Positions 8,078 to 17,007 of a stretch of DNA of 64,000 nt are shown here, piece after piece. Under the pieces are notes generated by a model. It made no database searches. It worked only from the letters and a program-made list of their open reading frames with translations, and was not told the origin of the DNA. The stretch is taken from the NCBI GenBank assembly GCA_963825065.1, contig CAWGRU010000016.1, positions 41,732-105,731 on the forward strand. The letters run 5' to 3'. Made by a program: the position numbers and the translations under genes. Origin of the DNA: an uncultured Gemmatimonadales bacterium (GTDB taxonomy: Bacteria > Gemmatimonadota > Gemmatimonadetes > Gemmatimonadales > GWC2-71-9). Numbering within the stretch: position 1 is the first letter of the stretch; each line of letters starts with the position of its first letter.

Positions 8078-9424
8078 TCAGACCGTGATCGCGTAGCGCT
8101 TGATCTTGTTGATCAGCGTCGCGCGCGAGATCCCGAGTTCCTGCGCGGCCCGGGTACGATTGCCCGCGTGGTGGCGCAGGGTGCGCTCGATGTGGGCCCG
8201 CTCCAGTTCGTCGAGCGACATCGGGGTGTGCCGCCGGTCGCCCGGGCCCGGCCGGTTGCGGAACTCGCCGGGGAGGTGCTCCAGGCCGACCAGCGACTGC
8301 CCCCGCGCGAGGATGAGCGCCCGTTCGAGCACGTTGCGCATCTCGCGCACGTTGCCCTGCCAGGGGTGCACCAGCAGCCGTTCCAGCGACTCCGGGCCGA
8401 TGGCCGGGGCCGCGCCGGATATCTCCTGCTGCAGCTCGTTCACCAGGGCGAGCAGCAGCGAAAGGCGGTCCTCCCGGGTGCGTTCGCGCAGAGCGGGCAC
8501 GGCGAGCGGCATCACGCTGAGACGGTAGGCCAGATCCTCCCGGAAAGTACCGGCATCCACCAGCGCCGTGAGATCCCGGGTGGTGGCCGCGATGATGCGG
8601 ACGTCGGCCACGAGGTCGCGCACTCCGCCGACGCGGCGGAAGGTGCGGGTCTCCAGCAGCCGCAGCAGCTTGGGCTGGAGTTCCTGCGGCAGGTCTCCGA
8701 TCTCCGGAATCATCAGCGACCCGCCCTCCGCCGTTTCCACCAGGCCGGGCCGCCGCTCGCGCGCTTCCTGCTCGCTGGCCCGCTCCTCGCCGAACAACTC
8801 GGCGTCGAGCGTGGCGGGCGACTTGCCCCAGACCTGCACCTCGACGAACGGCCCGGTGGCGCGCGGACTGAGTCCGTGAAGCACGCCGGCCATCCACCGT
8901 TTGCCGACCCCCGGCTCGCCCAGCAGCAGCACCGGGGTCCGTTCCGAGAGCGCGACCAGCCCGACCTGCCGGCCCAGTTCCCGCATGGCCGGCGAGTCGC
9001 CGAGCGATTCGAGGCTCTCGCCTGAGGTGCTGCGGAGGAGGAGGAGTTCGTTGAGCCGGCGGAGCCGCACCTTGTCGGCCACCCGGGCTACCGCGGCGAG
9101 CAGGTGGCCCATGTCGACCGGCTTGCTGAGGAAGTTCTCGGCGCCCCGCTGCATCGCCTCGACCGCGATCGAGACATCGCCATGCCCCGTCAGCAGGATG
9201 ACGGCGGCGTTCCGTTCCTTGAACCTGACCAGGGCATCGAGTCCGTTCATGCCGGGCAGATGCAGATCGAGCAGCACCACCTCCGGCCGCAGGCGGTCGT
9301 AGGCCGCCAGCCCGCTCTCGGCGGTGAGCTCGCGGGCGACCTCGTAGCCCGCCCGCTCGAACACCTGGCCGACCGTGCGCAGGACATCGACATCGTCATC
9401 GACCAGCAGTACGGAATCAGGCAT
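8078..9424 (-). CDS. NtrC/AtoC-family response regulator (REC-AAA-Fis HTH) with degenerate GAFTGA and Walker B
   Basis: REC (VDDD, LLDLHLP, KP), Walker A GEPGVGK, FREDLAYRL, WQGNVRE, HTH AAQELGISRATL. The GAFTGA position reads ASEQEA. Confidence 0.88.
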   Translation of the reverse strand: MPDSVLLVDDDVDVLRTVGQVFERAGYEVARELTAESGLAAYDRLRPEVVLLDLHLPGMNGLDALVRFKERNAAVILLTGHGDVSIAVEAMQRGAENFLSKPVDMGHLLAAVARVADKVRLRRLNELLLLRSTSGESLESLGDSPAMRELGRQVGLVALSERTPVLLLGEPGVGKRWMAGVLHGLSPRATGPFVEVQVWGKSPATLDAELFGEERASEQEARERRPGLVETAEGGSLMIPEIGDLPQELQPKLLRLLETRTFRRVGGVRDLVADVRIIAATTRDLTALVDAGTFREDLAYRLSVMPLAVPALRERTREDRLSLLLALVNELQQEISGAAPAIGPESLERLLVHPWQGNVREMRNVLERALILARGQSLVGLEHLPGEFRNRPGPGDRRHTPMSLDELERAHIERTLRHHAGNRTRAAQELGISRATLINKIKRYAITV

Positions 9425-11672
9425 GTCGGGTCCTCGTCGTCCGGGTCGGATCGCGCGGCAGCCGGAAGGTGAACCGCGCACCGCCCTCGGGGCGGTTTTC
9501 ACCGCGGATCTCGCCGCCGTGCGCACGGATGATCCCGTGAGAAATGGAGAGCCCAAGGCCGGTGCCCTGCCCCTGGGTCTTGGTCGTGAAGAAGGGCTCG
9601 AAGACGCGCGGCAGCGCCTCCGGCGGGAGCCCGGGGCCGTTGTCCAGGACCTCGAAACCGACCCACTCGCGGTCCGACCAGGTGCGGACGGTGGCCGCCG
9701 GATGCACGCCGTCGGCCATCGCGTGGGCGGCGTTGACGAGCAGGTTGGTGACCACCTGCCGGATCTGGTCGGGATCCCCGCTCACCGTCGGCAGGGTGGG
9801 GTCGAGCCCCAGTGTCCAGATCACGCCATGCTCGGCGAGACCCGGTGTGGCGGCGAAGGTCTCCCGGGTGATCGCGTTGAGATGGGTGTCCCGCCGGTCG
9901 AGCGGCCGCAGCCGCGCGAAGGTCAGCAGGCTGGTGACGATGCGCGCGGCGCGCATCGCTTCCTGCCGCATGGTCTCGACGCCCGAGGCCAGGTCGGTGG
10001 GCAGATCCCGCTCGATGAGCAGCGCCTGGGCCATGGCGGCGATGCCGGCAAGCGGATTGTTCAGCTCATGGGCGGCGCCTGACACAAGGCCGCCGAGGGC
10101 CGCCATCTTCTCCGAATGGGTGAGCCGCTCGCGCAGCTCTACCTCCTCGGTCACGTCCCGGACGATGGCGAGCACCGCGCCCAGGCCGCCGCGCTCCTCC
10201 ACGGGCACCACCACCGCATCCACCTGGCGGATGATCCCGTCCACCCGCCGGAGGTGAAACATGAATTGGCGGCTCTCCCCCCGAAAGCTCCGGTCGATTT
10301 CGGCATCCACCCGCGGCCAGTCGGGGGGCGTGACCACGGCAGCGAGGCTCAACCCCGTCTGCGGCGCCGTCAGCCCCGCGAGGCGGAAGCCGGCCCGGTT
10401 GACCGACAGGAACTCGCCGTCGCGATCGAGGGTCACGATGGCGAGCGGGGCCCGGTTGAACAGCGCGCGGAACCGGCGCTCGGAGCGGCGCAACGCCTCC
10501 GCCGCCAGCCGTTCGCGGGTGACGTCGCGGGCGACCGCCACCAGCCCGGTCGGGGTGCCGCGCTCCTCGAGCGGCGCGATGGAGACATCCGCGATGCGCA
10601 TCCCGTCCGCCCGACGGATCAGGGCGGCGTAGCGCCGGCGCTCGAGCGTGGCGGGCGCCCCGGCAATCCCCGACTCCTCGGGCAGGAGCACGGTCAGCAG
10701 CGCCCCGAGCAGGCGCGAGGGCGCCACCCCGAACAGCTCCGCCGCGGCAGGATTCGCGAACTGCACCCGGCCCTCCGCGTCGGCCAGCACGATGGCCTCG
10801 AGGGCCGTCTCGACCAGCCGGCTGTAGCGCGCCTCGAGGCGCACGTAGTGGGTGAGGTCGTCGAGGGCGACCACGAAGCCGCCGTCGGCCCGGGGTGTGG
10901 CGGTCAGCACCACGTGCTGTCCGCTCGGCGCATCGAGGAAGATGCTGACCCGGTGTCCCCGGAGTCTCGCCTGGTCCAGCGGATCCTGCTCGGGCGCCGG
11001 CCACCCCGTGAACACCTGCGGGAGCGGCAGCCCGGGCAACTCCGTCACGTTGATGCCGGCGAGTTCGGCCACGAAGCGGTTGGCCCGCTCGATCCGGCCC
11101 TCGGCGTCCACCAGCGCGAGGCCGTTGCCGGTGCCGTCGAAGGCCGTCTGCCATTCGGTCTTGACCCGGACCACCGTGTCCAGCAGACGGCGCATGCCGA
11201 TCGCGAGCGAGGCCTGGTCCGCAAACGCGCACGCGAGCACCCGCTCCTCCGGAGAGTACGCGCGCGGGGCATCGTGATAGAAGCCCAGCCACCCGATGAC
11301 GCGGCCACTGTAGCTCAGTGGCAGCGCCGCCACCCCGGCGAAGCCCTCGGCGAGCACCGAAGCGTGAATGGGGCTGGTGACGTCGAGCCGGGCGTCCTGC
11401 ACGAAGTACGGCTCGCCCCGAAGCACAGTGCTGGCCGCGTGAGCCTCGCGGAAGCGGCTGCGCACCGCGTCCACGTACGCCGGCGAGATCCCGACCGCCA
11501 CCGGCACCGTCACCTCGGTGCGGTGCTCATCGATCAGGAAGATCCCGGCGCGCTGCGCCCCGAAGACCCGCATCCCCTCCTCGGCCGCGGCGGCCATCGC
11601 GCCCGCGGCATCCGGCGCGGCGGCGAGCAGGTGAGCGACGCGTCCCAGCGCGGCAACGTGGGTCGACATCAT
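9417..11672 (-). CDS. Cytoplasmic sensor histidine kinase (GAF-PAS-PAS-PAS-HisKA-HATPase)
   Basis: H-box AHELNNPL, N-box NLLVNA, DNGPG, FFTTK, GTGLGL. No TM segment. Overlaps the regulator start. Confidence 0.9.
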   Translation of the reverse strand: MMSTHVAALGRVAHLLAAAPDAAGAMAAAAEEGMRVFGAQRAGIFLIDEHRTEVTVPVAVGISPAYVDAVRSRFREAHAASTVLRGEPYFVQDARLDVTSPIHASVLAEGFAGVAALPLSYSGRVIGWLGFYHDAPRAYSPEERVLACAFADQASLAIGMRRLLDTVVRVKTEWQTAFDGTGNGLALVDAEGRIERANRFVAELAGINVTELPGLPLPQVFTGWPAPEQDPLDQARLRGHRVSIFLDAPSGQHVVLTATPRADGGFVVALDDLTHYVRLEARYSRLVETALEAIVLADAEGRVQFANPAAAELFGVAPSRLLGALLTVLLPEESGIAGAPATLERRRYAALIRRADGMRIADVSIAPLEERGTPTGLVAVARDVTRERLAAEALRRSERRFRALFNRAPLAIVTLDRDGEFLSVNRAGFRLAGLTAPQTGLSLAAVVTPPDWPRVDAEIDRSFRGESRQFMFHLRRVDGIIRQVDAVVVPVEERGGLGAVLAIVRDVTEEVELRERLTHSEKMAALGGLVSGAAHELNNPLAGIAAMAQALLIERDLPTDLASGVETMRQEAMRAARIVTSLLTFARLRPLDRRDTHLNAITRETFAATPGLAEHGVIWTLGLDPTLPTVSGDPDQIRQVVTNLLVNAAHAMADGVHPAATVRTWSDREWVGFEVLDNGPGLPPEALPRVFEPFFTTKTQGQGTGLGLSISHGIIRAHGGEIRGENRPEGGARFTFRLPRDPTRTTRTRHA

Positions 11673-12577
11673 CGCGGCCGCTCGGGTGCCAGCACGTCGA
11701 TGGCGTGGGGCACGACTTCGGCGGTGAAGGGAGTGCTGCCGTGGGGCTCGCCATCGAGCTGCACCGGCTCGATGGTGTCGCTCCGCACCGTGATCACCCG
11801 CCCCTGCGCGTAGCCGACCAGGCCGGGCTCCGCTCCAATGGGGTGTCCGTCGCGGAGCAGCTCCCACACCGCGCGCAGGCTCTCGGCCAGATTGTCGGCG
11901 CGCATGACGACCAGGTCCAGCAGGCCGTCATCGGGGGCGATGCCGCTGCGCAGCTTCACGAACGGCGGAATCACCTCACCGCAGTTGGCCACGAGCACCA
12001 GCGACGCGCGCGCCTCGTACTCGACCTCATCGACCGTGATGACGTGATCGGTGCTCTTCAGCAGCGGCAGCAGCCGGAGCGTCGTCGCGACGTAGGCGGC
12101 GAAGCGCCAGCGGTGCTTGGCCTGGGTCGAAGTCCCCGCCATGACGCGGGCGTCGTACCCGGCGCCGCACGCCACCGCGAAGTAATGCGGCCCGTCGGCG
12201 CGCATCATGCGGCCGAGATCGAGCGGCACCCGGCTGGCAGCGAGCAGCGCCCGGGCCGCGCGGACCGGATTGGCAGGGACCCGCAGGTTCCCGGCGAGCA
12301 GGTTGCCCGTCCCGCCGGGAATCACGCCGAGCGACGTCTCCGAGCCGACCAGGGCGGCCGCGGCCTGCATCGTCGTGCCGTCCCCGCCGAAGACCGCCAC
12401 GACGTCCAGCCGGTCGGCGACGGCCTCGGCGGCGAAGCGGCGGGCATCGCCGGGACCGCCGGTGGCGCGCAGCTCGACCGTCCACCCACCGCGGCGCAGC
12501 GTCTCGAGCACGGCCTGCACCGAGGCTTCCTCGGTGCGGGCGGCCGCCGGATTGGTGATGAGCAGCGCGCGCGTCAC
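11669..12577 (-). CDS. Diacylglycerol kinase family lipid kinase (YegS/DagK-like)
   Basis: ITNPAA, GGDGT, IPGGTGN, VQLDGE motifs. Confidence 0.9.
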   Translation of the reverse strand: MTRALLITNPAAARTEEASVQAVLETLRRGGWTVELRATGGPGDARRFAAEAVADRLDVVAVFGGDGTTMQAAAALVGSETSLGVIPGGTGNLLAGNLRVPANPVRAARALLAASRVPLDLGRMMRADGPHYFAVACGAGYDARVMAGTSTQAKHRWRFAAYVATTLRLLPLLKSTDHVITVDEVEYEARASLVLVANCGEVIPPFVKLRSGIAPDDGLLDLVVMRADNLAESLRAVWELLRDGHPIGAEPGLVGYAQGRVITVRSDTIEPVQLDGEPHGSTPFTAEVVPHAIDVLAPERPR

Positions 12578-12579
12578 CG

Positions 12580-15500
12580 TCAGTACTCCCGTTCCCACAG
12601 CACGTCGAGACCCACCTGGTACTTGTTGGTGGACAGCGTCGGGTTGATCACCGCCGCCTGGCAACTGTACGCCGGCTCCACACTCGCCTTGAGGCGCAGG
12701 ACCCGGCTGATCCGGAATTCCGCGCTGGGATAGAACCGCTGGGCGTTGGTGCAGAGATCGGCCACCACCGTCACGAACCAGCGCCGGCCGATCTGCCAGC
12801 CCGCGGCGACCTGAGCCACCTGGGTGGAGCCGCTCTGCCCGGAGAGTCCCGAGGTGCTGCCGCCCCCGGTGCGGATGTCGATGAAGTCGATCGGCACGCC
12901 GAGGTCGCTGATGAGGGTCCGCTGGAGTTCGCTCGAGAGCGCGCTCGAGAGGTACGAGAGCCCCGCCTGAACCGCCGCGTACTGGCTGCTCTGATTGCCC
13001 TGGCCCTGCAGGCTGAAGGTCGGGCGGCGGAACATGAGGTAGGAGACCAGCTCGGTCTGCGACAGCGGGGGCCGCTGCGGCGTCGGGGTGCTGGTGAGCT
13101 CCAGCTTGGGCTGCAGCAGTGTGCCGGTGATCCTGGCGATCACCGGGATATCCTCGTTGCTCTCCACGTCGGTGACGACGTGCTTGGCTTCGATGTCGAG
13201 GTCGGCGTTCAGGTCTGGCGTGCCGAAGTAGCGCACCTGGCCGCGCTCGACCGTGAAGTCCACGGTAACGAATCCCCCGATCCGGAGCGAGTAGTTGCCG
13301 CGCACCGCGTTGAGCGTGCCGTCGTAGCGGTAGCGGTCCCGCACCTTGTTGACGGTGAGATTGCCGTCGAGCTGGATGTTGGCCTCGCTCGAGCGGAGCC
13401 AGAAGCTCTCGCCCATCGTCACCCCGAGATTGTCGATCGTCAGCGAATCGAGAAACCGGCTCTGGAAGTTGGCGCCGAGCTTCTCGGTGCGCACCAGATC
13501 AAGATCGATGAGGCCGGAATCCCCCGGATTCTCGAGATCCACGATCCGCTTGGTCAGCAGGTCGGCGAAGTGCAGGTTCCCGGCGTCCGCAGTCATGCGG
13601 CCACTCAGATGCGCCGCCCAGATGGGGCCGGTGAGCTGCACCGTGCCGGAGGCGTCCAGGGTCACGAACCGGCGCGAGTCGATGGCCCGGAACCGCGAGG
13701 CCCGGAGCGTGAGGTCGAAGAGCGGCCGGGTCAGCCGCTCCAGTCGCAATCCGCCGGTGACCCGCAGGCTCCCTTCGCCGCTCCTCGCGGTGAGGGTGTC
13801 GATCGTGATCGAATCGCCGGAGAGATGGGCCCGCGCGTTGATCGCCGTGTAGCTCACCCCCAGGCCGGGCACGTTCGCCGAGCCACCGCGAATCTCCACC
13901 GTGCCGCCGAGCAGCGGCCGGTCCCAGGTCCCGCCGATTTCGACGCTGGCCCGCAGAAAGCCGCGGACCTTGCGGAGGTTGCGGGTAAACGCCTCCACCA
14001 CCGCGAGGTCGGTGCTGTCGGCGGTGGCACGGACCGACAGCGGCCCGTCCACCTGCCGGCGGGGCACCCGCTGCAGCGCGAGATCGAGCGGCAGTCCGGC
14101 TTCGAGGCGGAGCACCGGCTGCCCCGTCTTCCAGAGCAGCAGGTTCACATCGAGGCGGCGATCGGCGTAATCCACGATGCCCTGCACGAAGGGCGAGCCG
14201 AGGTCGCCGAAGGCCAGGTCGGCGAGGGTGCCGGTGCCGCGAATCGTCGGTTTCGCGGCGGTGCCGCCGATGGTGAAGTCGACCTGAACGGTGCCGGCGA
14301 TGCCCGTGGTGTCGCGCTCGAGCAGCGCATACACATCCTGCAGATCGAGGCCGACCGCGCTCACGGTGAGCTTGCCCGGCGCACTTCGCGGAATGCTCCC
14401 CGTCAGCCGCACAGATCCGGAGCCGTCCACGGCATCGAATGCCACGGGCGAGAGGTCAATCAACCCTGCGTGCTGGGTCACAGTCACCGGGACCCGCAGC
14501 AGCCAGGTACGACGGGGCAGCGCCACCAGAATGCTGTCGAGCGTCAGGACAGTGAGGCTGTCGGGCGGCAGCCAGAGCCCCCCGGCTGCCGCGACATCGG
14601 CGCGACCCGCGAGGTTGCCGCTGCCGCTCCAGTGCAACGAATCCTGGTAACCACCCGCCACGAGGTTGAGGTCGCCGACCGCCCAGGTCCCTATCAGCAG
14701 CGAATCGGTCCGCAGGCCCATGCCGATTTCCGGGCGCGGCGCGCGCTTCCAGCCGAAGGCAAACGAGAGCGGCGCCGACCGAACCGAGCGCCACCGCAGA
14801 TCTTCGCCACGCGCCTGAACCAGCAGCCGGGTTTCCATCGCGGTTCCCGACACCTCGACCTCGCCGGTGACCCGCCCGTGCAGCGGCTCCACGGCGGCGC
14901 CGGTATCTGGCGCTGGTCCGGTGTATCGCTCGAGGAGCGCCTCGAACGGCGTGAGGCTGTCCGCCACGAACGACGCGTGCATACTGCCGCCTTCGGCGCC
15001 GCGCCATGGCAACGTGCCCTGACCCGCGAGCAGGCCGGCGGGCCACTCGGCCACCAGCGTATCCAGGAGGACGCGACCGTCGTGGCCCCGGACCCGGAGG
15101 TGCAGCGAGTCGAGCGAGAGCTCGCGCACGGTGCCCCGGCTCAGATCGAGTGCCAGCGTGCCCTCGGGGCCGGCGAGGGTATCGAGCGCGCCGTCGACGA
15201 GGAGGGCGCCGGTCAGCTGCGTACGCGGCCCGGTGCCGCGGAGCCGGGAGAGATCGACCCCGGCAAACCGCGCCGAGAGACTCTCCGCGCGGATCATCGT
15301 CGAGTCCTGGGCGATCGTCCCCTGCATCGCGAGGGCGCCCAGGTCGCCCTGGACCGCGGTGACCAGGTGGAATCGCGCGGTGGTGCCCTCGACCGCGATC
15401 AGCCCGCTGACCGCACCCTGCACCGGGATCCCGGGGTAGCCGGGGCGCACCCCGTCGAAGACCAGGGGGGCGACGTTCATCCGGGTGTTGAAATGGAGCG

Positions 15501-17007
15501 TGTCGGTACGGGTATCGAGCGTTGCCGTCCCCTCGGCGCGGCTCTCCGGCAGGTCGCCGTCACGGTGGCGAAGGGTGCCGTCGTAGGTCACGTTGCGCCA
15601 CGGTCCGCGCAGCACGCCCTCGAGTGCCACCCGGCCGCGCAGCTCGACACTCGGCGACACCAGGTGCACCGTGCGCAGGTCCACGTCGGCTGCCCGCACC
15701 ACCAGCGTGTCGAAGACCGTGCCCTCGTCGCCGCCCAGGACCAGCCGGCCACCGCCGGCGAAGTGGTTGGTGGCCCCACCTTCGACCACCCTGTCGCTGA
15801 AGGTCACGTCGGCGTCGAGGTCGAGCCCGTCCTTGAAACCGGCGCCGGAGACATGGCCGTCGAGCGTGCCATACAGCGGAATGGTGTCGAGGTACGGACG
15901 GGGGACGTCGAGATCGAGGGCGGTCAGGTCCAGCGCCATGTCCTCGACGCCGAGGCCGCGGTGGGTGTCCACCAGGGCAATCACATGACCGGTGATGCGC
16001 CCTTTCGGCCCCTGCATGACGAGGTCGCGCAGGGTGTACGCGTTGAGCTGCTCGGAGCGGGAATGCACCGTGATCAGCGCGTGACCGGTCATGGCCGGAA
16101 AGTCGGGCGACACCCAGTCGAGATCGCGGAGATCGAGCTGCGGTGCCGTCAGGCTGAAGTCGTACAGCACCGGCCCGCGGGGCCAGGTCACGACGCCACC
16201 ACCCGACATCCGGCTGTTGGGCATCGCGGCGCGATGCACGGTGAAGGCGAGGCTGTCGTCGTGGGTCCAGGCGTGTGCCGCGAGGTCCACCACCGTGATC
16301 GCCGGATCGCTGATGCGGGTGTTCAGCGAATCCACATCGAAGGTCAGCGGGGTGCGCTCGGGGGTGCTGATGCGGAGCAGCGGCAACCGGGCGTTCAGCG
16401 CGTTGAGTTCGGTGATGCGCCGGAGGCCGTCCGGAGTCTCGAGCACCACCCGGCCGGGCCGGGCCCGATCCGCCTCGAGCGCCGCCGCCACCTGCGCCGC
16501 CGTCCGGGCCGTGTCAGGCGGATTCCAGGGCAGCCGCAGCTCGATGTGGCCCTGACGGAGTCGCAGATCGCGCACCTCGATCAGCGGGGACGATCCTCCC
16601 GGCGGCCCCTCGCCGAGCCGGAAGATCTCCTGGTAGTTGAGCCGCCCGTTCTGCCGCTTGATCACCCGGATGTCGGGGGAATCGAGTTCGGCGTGGCTGA
16701 ACACGATGCGCCCGGCGAGCAGGTTCGGGAGCGCGTACACGACCAGGATCCTCGGCACCGTCGCGAACGGCTGGCCGAGCGAGTCGCGAATGACGACGTT
16801 TTCGAGCAGCAGGTTGCTGAAGAAGGTGCCGCTCACCCGGCTCAACTCGAATTGCCCGCGGAAGTGTCCCGAGAGCTCCTGGCTGGCGAGCCGGCCCAGC
16901 AGCCGGTTCCCGGCGCGGGTGTAGAGAATGGCGGAGGAGGTCCCCAACACCGCCGGAACCAGCGCGAGCAGCAGCGCCACCGTGAAGTGGCCGATACGGC
17001 GGCGCAT
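12580..17007 (-). CDS. tamB: Translocation/assembly module TamB/AsmA-like protein
   Basis: 1475 aa with an N-terminal TM anchor, beta-rich repeats and a C-terminal DUF490-like region. It follows a BamA/TamA-type gene with TGATG coupling. Confidence 0.8.
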   Translation of the reverse strand: MRRRIGHFTVALLLALVPAVLGTSSAILYTRAGNRLLGRLASQELSGHFRGQFELSRVSGTFFSNLLLENVVIRDSLGQPFATVPRILVVYALPNLLAGRIVFSHAELDSPDIRVIKRQNGRLNYQEIFRLGEGPPGGSSPLIEVRDLRLRQGHIELRLPWNPPDTARTAAQVAAALEADRARPGRVVLETPDGLRRITELNALNARLPLLRISTPERTPLTFDVDSLNTRISDPAITVVDLAAHAWTHDDSLAFTVHRAAMPNSRMSGGGVVTWPRGPVLYDFSLTAPQLDLRDLDWVSPDFPAMTGHALITVHSRSEQLNAYTLRDLVMQGPKGRITGHVIALVDTHRGLGVEDMALDLTALDLDVPRPYLDTIPLYGTLDGHVSGAGFKDGLDLDADVTFSDRVVEGGATNHFAGGGRLVLGGDEGTVFDTLVVRAADVDLRTVHLVSPSVELRGRVALEGVLRGPWRNVTYDGTLRHRDGDLPESRAEGTATLDTRTDTLHFNTRMNVAPLVFDGVRPGYPGIPVQGAVSGLIAVEGTTARFHLVTAVQGDLGALAMQGTIAQDSTMIRAESLSARFAGVDLSRLRGTGPRTQLTGALLVDGALDTLAGPEGTLALDLSRGTVRELSLDSLHLRVRGHDGRVLLDTLVAEWPAGLLAGQGTLPWRGAEGGSMHASFVADSLTPFEALLERYTGPAPDTGAAVEPLHGRVTGEVEVSGTAMETRLLVQARGEDLRWRSVRSAPLSFAFGWKRAPRPEIGMGLRTDSLLIGTWAVGDLNLVAGGYQDSLHWSGSGNLAGRADVAAAGGLWLPPDSLTVLTLDSILVALPRRTWLLRVPVTVTQHAGLIDLSPVAFDAVDGSGSVRLTGSIPRSAPGKLTVSAVGLDLQDVYALLERDTTGIAGTVQVDFTIGGTAAKPTIRGTGTLADLAFGDLGSPFVQGIVDYADRRLDVNLLLWKTGQPVLRLEAGLPLDLALQRVPRRQVDGPLSVRATADSTDLAVVEAFTRNLRKVRGFLRASVEIGGTWDRPLLGGTVEIRGGSANVPGLGVSYTAINARAHLSGDSITIDTLTARSGEGSLRVTGGLRLERLTRPLFDLTLRASRFRAIDSRRFVTLDASGTVQLTGPIWAAHLSGRMTADAGNLHFADLLTKRIVDLENPGDSGLIDLDLVRTEKLGANFQSRFLDSLTIDNLGVTMGESFWLRSSEANIQLDGNLTVNKVRDRYRYDGTLNAVRGNYSLRIGGFVTVDFTVERGQVRYFGTPDLNADLDIEAKHVVTDVESNEDIPVIARITGTLLQPKLELTSTPTPQRPPLSQTELVSYLMFRRPTFSLQGQGNQSSQYAAVQAGLSYLSSALSSELQRTLISDLGVPIDFIDIRTGGGSTSGLSGQSGSTQVAQVAAGWQIGRRWFVTVVADLCTNAQRFYPSAEFRISRVLRLKASVEPAYSCQAAVINPTLSTNKYQVGLDVLWEREY

